Position numbers and translations under genes: made by a program
Shown here: positions 40,760 through 50,665 of the stretch, one piece after another
Position numbering within the stretch: the first letter of the stretch is position 1
Layout: every line of letters begins with the position of its first letter
From: Candidatus Bathyarchaeota archaeon
GTDB taxonomy: Archaea > Thermoproteota > Bathyarchaeia > Bathyarchaeales > Bathycorpusculaceae
Reading direction: 5' to 3'
NCBI GenBank assembly: GCA_963780185.1
Contig: CAWABA010000003.1
Location: forward strand, 1-64,000
DNA length: 64,000 bases
Notes under the pieces: model-generated
Seen by the model: only the letters and a program-made list of their open reading frames with translations
Database searches by the model: none
What the model was told of the DNA's origin: nothing

Positions 40760-40782
40760 AATATGTCTTTTTAAGACATATT
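40760..40782. promoter_or_regulatory. Perfect 10-3-10 inverted repeat over the padR promoter (candidate autoregulatory operator)
   Basis: AATATGTCTT-TTT-AAGACATATT, containing the minus-strand TTAAAAA box. Confidence 0.65.
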
Positions 40783-41064
40783 TCTTATGTCTTCATAGTG
40801 TCAAAACAGCCACTTAAACCCTCGCACATACCCCACACATACCAAAGCATACCCAAAAACTTCAATTGTACAACACAACTACACATCAATACGTAAAACA
40901 AGTCCAAAAAACCAAAATTTCAACCAAGCCAAAGCCCAAAACCAACTGTACAACACATAAACAGAAAAATGAGCCAAAGCCTAAGCAGGCAGCGGCGAAA
41001 GGTCAAATTTAGCTAATTTTATTTAAGTTAGTTCGGCATTAGCACGAGTTGATAGGCGAAGAAC

Positions 41065-41427
41065 ATGAGGGGACAGGACTATTTTGCCGATGCATTAGGA
41101 ATCCAGCTGGTTGAAGCCAGAGACGGCTACTCAAAAGTGACTATGAAAGTTGAGAAAACTCATACCAACGCGTTGGGCTTCACGCATGGCGGCGCAATCT
41201 TCTCGTTGGCAGACTACGCCTTCGCACACGCATGCAACTACGGGGACAACGTTGCAGTCGCAGTCCAAGTAAGCATCAACTTTTTGAAGCCGTCGGTTGA
41301 AGGCGACGTTCTGGTGGCTGAGGCAGAGCGGGTTTCAGATGGAAAAACCACGGGTTTGTATCAGGTGACAGTGAAGAGCGGGGAGAAGATGGTGGCTTTC
41401 TTTACTGGTTTAGCGTTTAAGAAATAA
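41065..41427 (+). CDS. PaaI family hotdog-fold thioesterase
   Basis: NALGFTHGGAIFSLADYAF, INFLKP. Confidence 0.9.
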   Translation: MRGQDYFADALGIQLVEARDGYSKVTMKVEKTHTNALGFTHGGAIFSLADYAFAHACNYGDNVAVAVQVSINFLKPSVEGDVLVAEAERVSDGKTTGLYQVTVKSGEKMVAFFTGLAFKK

Positions 41428-41497
41428 CCTGTTCTAAAATGATTGATGACTGTTCTAAAATGTAGAGCTAATAGTGGCTCGGCAATCTTTCAATTTC

Positions 41498-42073
41498 ATG
41501 AACCCACAGAAGCTCGCCGTCGGGATAATCCTCATAGTTGTCGTTTCAGCTTTTACGCTGGCTTTTCTTTATGGCGATATGAACAAAAATCACAGCCTAA
41601 ACACCGATGAAGTTGCAGGCAATCTACAAACCGATGCTTCATGGGTTAGAAGCCTCAACCAAATGCTCAGCAAAACCGTTCCCTACCCCAACGGCACCGA
41701 AAGCAGCAACCCCAACGTTTTGCTTTCATATTGCAGAACATACCTTTACGAAAACGGTTCCTCAGAGCTGCTAGAATTCGGCGACGCCCACAACAACTCC
41801 ACAAACCCAATCAGCACAACGCTAAACGGATTCTTGGTGAAAGCCAACGTACAGTTGAACGGTTCCTTGACGAGCCAATTCGTCAGCAACGTTCTGGCAA
41901 ACGACAAGGTGGTGGCAATCGTCTATCGGTATTCAACATTGCAATTCGGTGGGCAGCAGAGATTCTACATTGGCTATTTCGTGTTGCAGGATAATTTAAA
42001 TCAAGGTTTAGCGGGAACAATCATAACCTTGGATGTCAACCAGACCTACAGCCTCTGGGCAATACCCAAATAG
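41498..42073 (+). CDS. Hypothetical membrane-anchored exported protein
   Basis: N-terminal TM, several NxS/T sequons, no recognised motif. Confidence 0.6.
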   Translation: MNPQKLAVGIILIVVVSAFTLAFLYGDMNKNHSLNTDEVAGNLQTDASWVRSLNQMLSKTVPYPNGTESSNPNVLLSYCRTYLYENGSSELLEFGDAHNNSTNPISTTLNGFLVKANVQLNGSLTSQFVSNVLANDKVVAIVYRYSTLQFGGQQRFYIGYFVLQDNLNQGLAGTIITLDVNQTYSLWAIPK

Positions 42074-42270
42074 CGCAACGGCTGCAAAAACAAGCAAGCC
42101 CAGTATCAGCTTTGGCCAGTCGCTTAAACTCACCTCCTCAGCGGTTGATTTCAAACACCGTTTTTTTTCTCTGGCAGCCGCGTGGAATTTGGTTTGCGGT
42201 TAATTGCCTTTTTGAAGTTTTGAGGTGTAAACGGTAACGCTTTTACGTTGAAGTGGCGCATTATAGCGCT

Positions 42271-42945
42271 ATGAGCCCTGCCAAGAAAGCTCCTCCGCCA
42301 AAAAAGCGTCGGCAAACCCGAACGTGGGTAACCGTCGTTTCCGTCGCGCTTATTGCTGTAACGGTGCTGGCTGCCGTGCATTTTTGGCCTGCCGCAAGCA
42401 ACAAGGCTTCCGCAGACAACCAATCGAACTCCGCAAACCTCGACCCAGCTTTCGTGGCTTTCACAAATCATTATCTTGCGGTAATGCAGAGTTTGAATTC
42501 AAGCTCGACAGAAGCCAAGATGCTGCCTATGCTTAACCGTGGCGACAATCAAACTCAGCTTTTCAGTTGGGAAGGCGGCAAGCTGACGTTTGCTAATGAT
42601 CCAACAGGTTTTTTTGAGGACCCTCTCCAGATTCTGAACAGGGGCGAAGGCATCTGTGTGCAGTGGAGCATCGTTTACGTTTCGGCTTGTTTGGCGCTTG
42701 GGTACCAGAGTAGGCTTGTTGTGGCGGTTGACACGCAGGGTTGGAGCTATATTCATGTCTGGGCTGAAGACTACTACCACGGAGCATGGGTTCATGTCGA
42801 CCCCTCGGACAAGGTTTGGAATTCTCCTCACAGGTACCTGGGCCCAAGCTGGGATTGGGGACAATTCATCGGGTCAACCGTGAAAGTCTACGCTTTCGAA
42901 GACAACAAATACCAAGACGTGACATCCACCTACAGCGCCCATTAA
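42271..42945 (+). CDS. Membrane-anchored transglutaminase-fold protein resembling the peptide:N-glycanase core
   Basis: Cys-His-Asp triad GICVQW / HVWAE / WVHVDP, followed by P..Y..WG and VYAFE...DVT..Y. Confidence 0.78.
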   Translation: MSPAKKAPPPKKRRQTRTWVTVVSVALIAVTVLAAVHFWPAASNKASADNQSNSANLDPAFVAFTNHYLAVMQSLNSSSTEAKMLPMLNRGDNQTQLFSWEGGKLTFANDPTGFFEDPLQILNRGEGICVQWSIVYVSACLALGYQSRLVVAVDTQGWSYIHVWAEDYYHGAWVHVDPSDKVWNSPHRYLGPSWDWGQFIGSTVKVYAFEDNKYQDVTSTYSAH

Positions 42946-43068
42946 AAAGAACACCGAGTGAAACGGTCGAAAAATGCCGCGCGGGGGACAGCAATTTCTT
43001 AAAATAAGCGTCTGAGCACAGAATACGTTAAGACACAAGTTAATTCAAAAATTGAACGGAACCGTAAA

Positions 43069-44076
43069 ATGTTTACTATAACTCGACTCAGGAAATACGA
43101 AGGTGGCCAATGGCGCTCAGACAATTTAGAGAGTTTGCCAGCCCAAATCGAGGAAGACTCAATTCTTTGGGTTGACGCAGAAAATCCTTCGGAAGCTGAA
43201 ATGGACCAGCTCAAAAAACATTTTGAATTGGAGAATTTCAGCCTGAAGGATTTTGAAGAGGAAGGACGACGCTCAAGGATTGAAGAGGTTGAGGATCGAG
43301 TTTCCTGTTTTGTGAGTTATCCAAGCAGCGACCAGTTTATCCCAGATGCAAAGCCAAAATGGGTTGCCTTGACCATAAGTAGCCGATGGATGGTTTCCGT
43401 TCACGAGGGCCATTCTGACATCACGTGTGAAATCTACAAGAAAATCAGCACTCACGGCTACTTTGCCCTCTCCCTTCAACCATCCACCGATATTCTGCTG
43501 TACATCTTTTTGGATCTGATTATGAACGAGTGCTTCCTGTGTTCAGATTTGGCTCATGAAAAACTTCAGCTTTTAAGCCAAGAAGCCGCAAAGGGTTTTA
43601 GGCAGAGACCAAAGGACCAAAACAGGAACATCGGATTGGAAATTGCCAAGTCAAGAGAACTGGTCTTAGCCCTTAGGCAGGCCATTGGACCCCTCCGTGA
43701 GGTTGTGGGAAAAACGGCAAGAGGGGAATTCGCTATAGTTTCAAGTGCTACGCTGCCCCGTTTTGAAGACCTCTACGACAGGACAATATCGCTTATAGAC
43801 GTTGTTGACACACACCGAGAAGAAATCCAGGACATCGTCGACATCGTCATTAACGCTCAAACATTAACTACTAACAACATAATCAGGGTGCTAACCATCA
43901 TTTCAGCAATTTTCCTGCCGCTCACGTTGATAGCTGGCATTTACGGGACAGACTTCGGACGCGGATTCACAGTGCCAGGTTCCAACTACTCTTACGGCTT
44001 CTACATCATGGTTGCTGTAATGATAGGAATTGCAGTGGGGCTCATCTCCGTTTTCCGAAGAAAAGGCTGGCTTTAA
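43069..44076 (+). CDS. corA: CorA family divalent cation channel (GMN signature replaced by GTD)
   Basis: WVDAENPS, FEDLYD, NNIIRVLTIISAIFLPLTLIAGIYGTDF, FRRKGWL. Confidence 0.88.
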   Translation: MFTITRLRKYEGGQWRSDNLESLPAQIEEDSILWVDAENPSEAEMDQLKKHFELENFSLKDFEEEGRRSRIEEVEDRVSCFVSYPSSDQFIPDAKPKWVALTISSRWMVSVHEGHSDITCEIYKKISTHGYFALSLQPSTDILLYIFLDLIMNECFLCSDLAHEKLQLLSQEAAKGFRQRPKDQNRNIGLEIAKSRELVLALRQAIGPLREVVGKTARGEFAIVSSATLPRFEDLYDRTISLIDVVDTHREEIQDIVDIVINAQTLTTNNIIRVLTIISAIFLPLTLIAGIYGTDFGRGFTVPGSNYSYGFYIMVAVMIGIAVGLISVFRRKGWL

Positions 44077-44155
44077 AAAAAGACCAAGTCGCAAGGCAAA
44101 TGGAAAGGTCAAGAAAAACCCAGCGGCATTCCAAGCGTCGACAATTTTTTCTCTT

Positions 44156-44860
44156 TTAAAGCCCCAGATAAACCTGTTTTATGTGGCTGTTAGAAAGAAG
44201 TTCTCGGCTTTTTCCTTCCAGAACGATTCTTCCTTCCTCAAGAACGTAGCCTCTGTCCGCGATTTCCAGTGAATCTTGGATGTTTTGTTCAACAAGCAGA
44301 ATGGTTACGCCTTCATCGTTGATTGTGCGGATAGTGTCCAGCACCTTTTCCACAATGATTGGCGCCAACCCCAGTGAAGGCTCATCCAGAATCAGCATCT
44401 GAGGGTTACACATTAGGCTTCGGCAAATAACAAGCATTTGCTGTTCTCCGCCGCTGAGTGTTTGAGCTAACGATTTTTCTTTCTTCTTCAAGACAGGAAA
44501 AATCTGAAAGACCTTCTCCATGGTGTCGCTGATTTTACCTTTGTCTTTGGTCGTGTAGGCGCCGAGCCGCATGTTTTCTTCAACGGTCATGCGGGGAAAA
44601 ATTTCTCTGCCTTCAGGAATCATCGTGATTCCCTTCTTAACTATGTCGTACGTGTGCAGTTTCGCTATGTTTTCGCCTTTGAACATGACTGCGCCGTTTT
44701 TTGGCGGGATGAAGCCCATTATTGTTTTTACAAGCGTTGTTTTTCCTGCGCCGTTGGGGCCGATGATGCTGACGATTTCTTTTTCATCAACTTTAAAGTT
44801 GACGTCGTAGAGTATCTGCACCATTCCGTAAGCTGAAGACAAATTCTGGGTTTCTAACAC
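44156..44860 (-). CDS. livF: Branched-chain amino acid ABC ATPase (LivF-like)
   Basis: GPNGAGKTT, PEGREIF, LSGGEQQML, LDEPSLGLAP, LVEQN. Confidence 0.9.
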   Translation of the reverse strand: MLETQNLSSAYGMVQILYDVNFKVDEKEIVSIIGPNGAGKTTLVKTIMGFIPPKNGAVMFKGENIAKLHTYDIVKKGITMIPEGREIFPRMTVEENMRLGAYTTKDKGKISDTMEKVFQIFPVLKKKEKSLAQTLSGGEQQMLVICRSLMCNPQMLILDEPSLGLAPIIVEKVLDTIRTINDEGVTILLVEQNIQDSLEIADRGYVLEEGRIVLEGKSRELLSNSHIKQVYLGL

Positions 44861-44862
44861 TT

Positions 44863-45600
44863 TTAATCCTCGCCAAACTGGTACTTCTTGCCTAAGTAAA
44901 CCTTGACAACGTTGTCGTCGCTGCATACTTGCTGGGGGGTTCCTTCACAGATTTTTTCGCCATGATGCAGCACAATTACGCGGTCACACAGCCCCATCAC
45001 TACCCGCATAACATGTTCAACGATGAGAACCGTTACCCCCTGCTTGTTGATCTGCTTTATCAGCGCCGTCGCCTCGTCGGATTCCGCCGGGGTTAAGCCT
45101 GTAAGCAGTTCATCCAGGAGAAGAAGTTTTGGGTTTGTCGCCAAAGCTTTCGCAAGTTGAATGCGCCGCAGCTCCACCACATTGAGGTTTTTTGCTTTAA
45201 CATCAAACTTGTCTTTGCCTAAATCAACAAAAACCAAAAGTTCCTCAGCTTTCAGCCTCATGTCGGTTTTTTTCTCGGCTTTTTTCTCGTTGAAAAGTAC
45301 GCTGGTTAAGACGTTTTCAACGGCAGTCATTTCTGGGAATGATTGGACGGTTTGGGCTGTTTTGGTGATGCCTTTGGCGCAGATTTTGTATGGTGGAAGC
45401 TTTGAGATGTCTTCGTTTAGAAACAGGATTTGTCCCGAGTCGGGTTTGTAGACGCCGCTGATAAGGTTTAGCAGCGTTGATTTGCCTGAGCCGTTAGGTC
45501 CGACAAGCCCCGTGATTTCGCCGCTGTTCACTGTGAAATCCACGTTTTTTAATGCTTGAAGCCCCCCGAAACGTTTTGAGACTTCGGTACACCTTAGCAA
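44863..45600 (-). CDS. livG: Branched-chain amino acid ABC ATPase (LivG-like)
   Basis: FGGLQAL, GPNGSGKST, LLLDE, VEHVM, VYLG. Confidence 0.88.
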   Translation of the reverse strand: MLRCTEVSKRFGGLQALKNVDFTVNSGEITGLVGPNGSGKSTLLNLISGVYKPDSGQILFLNEDISKLPPYKICAKGITKTAQTVQSFPEMTAVENVLTSVLFNEKKAEKKTDMRLKAEELLVFVDLGKDKFDVKAKNLNVVELRRIQLAKALATNPKLLLLDELLTGLTPAESDEATALIKQINKQGVTVLIVEHVMRVVMGLCDRVIVLHHGEKICEGTPQQVCSDDNVVKVYLGKKYQFGED

Positions 45601-45765
45601 ATTTAGCGTCTCCGATTAGCATGGAATAATCAAGTTGGAAATATAAGGTTTGGTAAAAACGAAGATTGCCCCCGAATGCCGCTTCATTCAGATGTTTTGC
45701 TGTGTGGGTGGGGAGTTTGGTTAAAGTTAAATATTATTTGCGTCTATTGGGTATCGGTGTAGCGT

Positions 45766-46212
45766 GTGCCTATAACTCAAGTAAGCGTTTTCTTGGATAA
45801 TCATCCAGGGTCTCTTTTTGATGTGATGTCGCAGCTTGACAAAAACAAAGTCAAAGTTTTCGCCTTGTCAATTGCCGACGCAGGCGAGTTCGGCTTAGTA
45901 AGATTGGTGACCGAAGACCCAGCTAAGGCAGCGAAGTTGTTGGAGGACGCCGAATTTAACCTTGCCAAATCCAAAAAGAACACGGAGGTAACAGCAGTTT
46001 TCATGTCGGAGAAAGATACGCTGTCGAAAATAACCAAAATTCTGGGCGACGGAAGCTTCAACATAGAATATGCCTATTCTTCAGCGGTGCACGTGGGCGG
46101 AAAAATCGCTTTGATAATGCGCACCAGCAACGTTGAAAAAACGGAGCAGGTGCTGACTGAGAACGGCGTTTCAGTTCTGTCGCTGGAAGAAATCAAAAAG
46201 TATTTCCAGTGA
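45766..46212 (+). CDS. Tandem ACT-domain protein of the PaaK/IOR-associated type
   Basis: QVSVFLDNHPG, ALSIADAGEFGLVRL, NIEYAY. Confidence 0.85.
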   Translation: MPITQVSVFLDNHPGSLFDVMSQLDKNKVKVFALSIADAGEFGLVRLVTEDPAKAAKLLEDAEFNLAKSKKNTEVTAVFMSEKDTLSKITKILGDGSFNIEYAYSSAVHVGGKIALIMRTSNVEKTEQVLTENGVSVLSLEEIKKYFQ

Positions 46213-46268
46213 AAACGGCTAACCTCAAAATAAAAACTGTGGATGGCTCAGGTAGTCGCTTGGTTTTT

Positions 46269-47333
46269 TTAGGAAACCAGGTATTTGTAGAATTTGCGGA
46301 ATAGCGATTCTAACCCTTTGGGGCTGAAAACGACAATCACGATCAGAATTACACCTATGAACACGTAAGTCAGGGGCGGTCCAACGTACCCGACTTTGGG
46401 GAAGAAGGGTCCCAACGTATTGCTCAACCCTTGGGTGACGGACTGTGTTGTGAGGATTTGCATTATGGACGTTAAGAAGATTGAGCCGATTATGGGTCCG
46501 CTTACGGTGCCTAAGCCGCCGATGACCGTCATTATAAGCGGCAAAAACGAGTTTTCAGGCGAGAAAATAGAGTTCTGCACGTACCCAATGAAGTAAACGT
46601 ATAATCCTCCAGCGATGCCCGCGAAGAATGTGCTGATTGTAAATGCCATAAGCTTGTATTTTGCGGTGTTGATGCCGATCATTTTGGCTTCGGCTTCGTT
46701 GCCGTGTATAGCTCGGAAAGCTAGGCCCATCCGAGACTTCATTATGCCGTACATTACTCCGACGGATACTACGGTGAATGAAATGACCAAGATGTAAAAA
46801 GGAAAGCCGGTGGGCACAAACGTCACGGGCGGGAACCCGTTTGTCCCTTTGGTGAAGGAGTCAAATTGGCTTGAAAGCGCATCCGCTATGACTGAAAAAC
46901 CAAATGTCACCATAGCCAAGTACCAAGCTTTCAGTCGAACGCATGCCAAACCAATCAGCAAGCCGATGCCTGCTGAAAGCAAACCGCCGAGAAGAAGGAC
47001 AAAAATCTGCAACGTAACCGACAAAGCTCCGATCGGAAGCGCTTCGAGCTTCAAGGCTGTAATTATAATCAGGGAGAGTCTTGAGCCGATGATGGCTGAC
47101 GCGAAGCCTCCGATTCCTAAGAAAACAGCGTGGCCAAGGGAACCTTGTCCTGAATTTGCAAGGAAATTCCAGCTTGCCGCGTAGAGGGCATAGATAAAAA
47201 TCAATGTGAAAACGAACAAAAAGAAGCTGCTTCGCACCAAGACAGGAATCAACGCTAAAATAGCAAACGAAGCTGCCAAAACGAGGAAGCCCTTCGAATG
47301 CACGAATGCGGCGAGTTTCTGTGTGTTAAGCAT
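46269..47333 (-). CDS. livM: Branched-chain amino acid ABC permease (LivM-like)
   Basis: GQGSLGHAVFLGIG, YLAMVT, IGGLGTVSGPIIG, PKGL. Confidence 0.88.
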   Translation of the reverse strand: MLNTQKLAAFVHSKGFLVLAASFAILALIPVLVRSSFFLFVFTLIFIYALYAASWNFLANSGQGSLGHAVFLGIGGFASAIIGSRLSLIIITALKLEALPIGALSVTLQIFVLLLGGLLSAGIGLLIGLACVRLKAWYLAMVTFGFSVIADALSSQFDSFTKGTNGFPPVTFVPTGFPFYILVISFTVVSVGVMYGIMKSRMGLAFRAIHGNEAEAKMIGINTAKYKLMAFTISTFFAGIAGGLYVYFIGYVQNSIFSPENSFLPLIMTVIGGLGTVSGPIIGSIFLTSIMQILTTQSVTQGLSNTLGPFFPKVGYVGPPLTYVFIGVILIVIVVFSPKGLESLFRKFYKYLVS

Positions 47334-48213
47334 TTTGTTCCCCTTTCTCACCGAATAACCCGTTAGGTCTAATGATTAAAACAGCAATCAGTAGGGCAAA
47401 TGCAACGGCGCTTGACCATGTTCCGCCTAGGAATAAAGCCGCCATCTGCTCCGCGATGCCGTAGAGCAAACCGCCAACGATTGCGCCTCGGATGCTTCCT
47501 AAGCCGCCGAGAATGATGATTGCGAAGGCTATGATAGTCATCATGGCGCCGCTTTGAGTGTTAAAGGAGAAAATTATGCCGTATAATCCGCCTGCGGCAG
47601 CCGCCATCGCTGAACCTAAGGCGAAGGTTATCATGTAAATTCTCTCGGTGTTTATTCCCATAAGAGTAGCCGTGCCATTTTGTTGGCTTGTCGCCCTCAT
47701 CGCCAACCCAATCTTTGTTCTGTAAATTAAGAGTCCGAAAGCAACTAGAATCACGGCGACAACAAAAATGGCGATTACACGGTCGTAAGTGATAGAGAAA
47801 GCGGGCAAAGCAAAGCTCATTCCAGAGAAGGGACTTGCGATACGTTGCGACTGGTCTCCCCAAAAAAGCAAGGCAACGTTCTCAAAAATATAGATTAAGC
47901 CGAGGCTGACGAAAATCTCGTTCAGCTTGTCACCGCCGAGAACCCTACGGAAAGTGAGACGCTCAACGCCCACTCCGAGCACAGCCACCAAAGCCATCGA
48001 AACAACAATGGCTTCATAGGCGTTCAAGCCGCTCCAAACTGATATGGTCCATGTTAGGTAGGCGCCAATCATGAGGAGTTGCCCATGTGCAAAGTTCACG
48101 AGTTTCATGACGCCGAAAATTATGTTGAGTCCGCTTGCGAGAAGCATGTAAACGCAGCCAACCGCGACGCCCCAAAACAGAGTTAGAAGTATTGCTCCCG
48201 CGGTTATATCCAT
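47326..48213 (-). CDS. livH: Branched-chain amino acid ABC permease (LivH-like)
   Basis: GLNIIFGVMKLVNFAHG, GLAMRA, ILGGLGS, RPNGLFG. Confidence 0.9.
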   Translation of the reverse strand: MDITAGAILLTLFWGVAVGCVYMLLASGLNIIFGVMKLVNFAHGQLLMIGAYLTWTISVWSGLNAYEAIVVSMALVAVLGVGVERLTFRRVLGGDKLNEIFVSLGLIYIFENVALLFWGDQSQRIASPFSGMSFALPAFSITYDRVIAIFVVAVILVAFGLLIYRTKIGLAMRATSQQNGTATLMGINTERIYMITFALGSAMAAAAGGLYGIIFSFNTQSGAMMTIIAFAIIILGGLGSIRGAIVGGLLYGIAEQMAALFLGGTWSSAVAFALLIAVLIIRPNGLFGEKGEQNA

Positions 48214-48330
48214 GTGAAACCCTTTTCCTTTTCTCCCAAAGACGATTGGCTTTTGCTCAAATAACTGCACTTAGCTATTTAAAATATTTCACATGTAAGG
48301 AAAAATAAAAAGAAAAGGTTGAGCGGAAGC

Positions 48331-49704
48331 TTAGCTTCCGGGTTTGTAGCCTTGTGGCAGAGTAAATGTTGCGGGAGTTACGCCGTGTATTGCTGACGGG
48401 GCCCAAACGATCTGCGACTCCAGCTTGCTTGAAGTAGAGTTCCAGATAAGCTGTTCGATGAATGTGTTTGCTGCTATTTCATGCCAGTTAACGCCTGAAC
48501 TGAACTGTATTTTGCCAGTCGATGTCAAGATGTTCATGTCGTTGATGTTGACGTTCTCTAATGCCGTTCGAACTGAAGCTTTATCGACTGTTCCAGCGCT
48601 TTCGATTGCCGCTTTAGCGATGTAGAAGGCGTCGTAGGTGTCAGCGCCCATCATGCCTGGGTAAACGCCATATTTCGCGTAGAATTTCTGTGTGTAAGAC
48701 TGCACTGCCGTCGAGTATGAAGGTGTCATGAATGGATCCATCTTTGACTCCATAAGTTGACCGTTACCTGTGTCTCCTATCATCGAGTAGAATGCTGGGT
48801 CCTGATTGTTTTCGATTGCGATGTAGACCGTTTTCAATCCAACGTCGTTCCATCCTTGCTGAATTATTAGTGGTGTCTTGTCTGGGTTGTCGACAACTAT
48901 CACTACATCTGGATGAGCGCTTTGAACCGCGATTAGGTCAGCTTGGTAGTTGGTTTCAGATGGGTCGTAGCTTCTTTGGATTACGAGGTTAATCGGCAGG
49001 CTTTCATTTTTCACCCAGTATTGAGCGGCTTGGTCAACTCCCTGTCCGAAGGCGTCATTGCGGTAGAGTACTGCAATGCTGATGTTTCGGTCAGGTGCTA
49101 CCATGGGCTTCATTTGTGTGGCAAAGAAGTCAACTATGGTTTTAGTGTATTGATAGGTAGTTGTGCAATAATGGAATACATAGCTCATTTGATCTGAATC
49201 TGCTATTCGGGTGGTGTCGCCTGGAGCAAGACCGCCGAAGTCTCCCTGGGGTCCCCTTCTGGTGACAAGCTGGTTTGAGGCGCCGGTTATTATGAAGGGA
49301 ATTTTGTTGGAGGTAGCTACTGTTTCGTCGGCGAGGGTTCCTGCGCTTCCGTATCCACCGATGTACATGTCGACGGAGTTTGTGGATTGAAACGTGGTCA
49401 TGGCGGTTTTCGCATTGGCTGGAGAGTCATCAATTGTGTCCACCGTTGACAAAGTGATGTTTACGTGGGCGTGCCAACCTGAAACGTAGACGCCGCCGGC
49501 TTTGTTAATTTCGTTCACGGCGAGTTCTGCTGCCCTCTGCATGTCTTCTCCGACAGGCGACTTCGATACCGGAGCGACCAAAGCGATGTTGATGTTCCGC
49601 GCGTCAGCTGAAGGTTTTGTGGCTGGTTGAATTAATTCTACTGTTGCAACGATTGATACGATTATAATGATGGCTACGACTAATGCCAGTATTTTCTTGT
49701 TCAA
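48331..49704 (-). CDS. ABC substrate-binding protein, Leu/Ile/Val-binding family
   Basis: N-terminal TM, AVNEINKAGG, IGGYGS, NDAFGQG, YDAFY..AIE.AGT.D. Confidence 0.85.
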   Translation of the reverse strand: MNKKILALVVAIIIIVSIVATVELIQPATKPSADARNINIALVAPVSKSPVGEDMQRAAELAVNEINKAGGVYVSGWHAHVNITLSTVDTIDDSPANAKTAMTTFQSTNSVDMYIGGYGSAGTLADETVATSNKIPFIITGASNQLVTRRGPQGDFGGLAPGDTTRIADSDQMSYVFHYCTTTYQYTKTIVDFFATQMKPMVAPDRNISIAVLYRNDAFGQGVDQAAQYWVKNESLPINLVIQRSYDPSETNYQADLIAVQSAHPDVVIVVDNPDKTPLIIQQGWNDVGLKTVYIAIENNQDPAFYSMIGDTGNGQLMESKMDPFMTPSYSTAVQSYTQKFYAKYGVYPGMMGADTYDAFYIAKAAIESAGTVDKASVRTALENVNINDMNILTSTGKIQFSSGVNWHEIAANTFIEQLIWNSTSSKLESQIVWAPSAIHGVTPATFTLPQGYKPGS

Positions 49705-49850
49705 ATTTTTTCCTCTCTCTTTTTTGTAACCAATATCAATGAGAACTGCTAATAAAACTAACTCAAAAACAACCATCTATAGACTGGAAACCAAAACAAA
49801 AATGGCTTTAAAACTCGAATCTGAGGCGTTTTCCACTCTTTAGCAGGTTT

Positions 49851-50559
49851 TTAGTTTAGTTTGAAATAGATGCGCCTGTTACTTTTTCCCTTGTTTTCGG
49901 TTTTCAAAAGCTCAACTTGACCGACTTCCCGCAGGTTCTTCACATGCGTTCCCCCGTCCGCCTGTCTGTCAACACCGACGATTTCCACGATTCTCAGCGA
50001 AGGCAAATCTGGCGGGAACGCGCCAGCCATCTTGACAACGCCAGGGATTTTCATGGCTTCTTCGCGGGGCAACTCGTACCATTTCACAGCGACGTCGGTG
50101 CCGAAAAGCCTGTTAGCCTTCGCCAAATACGTTTCCAAGACTCGGCGATCAAACGTTTCCAAGTTGAAGTCAAACCGAATATGGTCTACGTCAAGCTGGT
50201 TGCCCGTGATAAGTGCGCCCGTGCCTTGATTAAGCAGCGAAGCGACAACGTGGGCGGCGGTGTGACTACGCATAAGCTTGTATCGTCTATCCCAGTCCAA
50301 AACCAGATGAACTTTGTCGCCTGTTTGGAGTCCGGCGTGGTCAACTTCATGGGAAATTTCGCCTGAAAACTTGCCTACATACACCACGTTGTAAACGTCG
50401 GAGCCTTTGATTATTTTGCCCGTATCATACGGTTGTCCCCCGCCTTTAGCGTAAAAGATTGTTTGGTCTAAAACAACGAATTTGCCCTCTTTAACTGCAA
50501 CCACCTTTGCATCGGATTCTTTTAGGTAACTGTCAACCAAGATATAACGCTTTAGTCAT
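49851..50559 (-). CDS. alaX: Alanyl-tRNA editing protein AlaX (frameshift just after the start)
   Basis: DQTIFYAKGGGQP.D, MRSHTAAH, ADGGTHV; the natural start MTKALYL at 50559 is one base out of frame. Confidence 0.88.
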
Positions 50560-50665
50560 GGCCCCCGACTACCGTTAAGCCGTCTATGCGCTAAAAAGCG
50601 TATATCAATTTTGCGCATTTAAAAGAAAAATCAAAATACCACTTACCCAGACAGTAACCTGTTGA

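Noticed and set aside
41429-41462. 13-bp direct repeat CTGTTCTAAAATG flanking TGATGA
   Set aside because: Only two copies and no box D (CTGA); not supportable as a C/D sRNA or target-site duplication.
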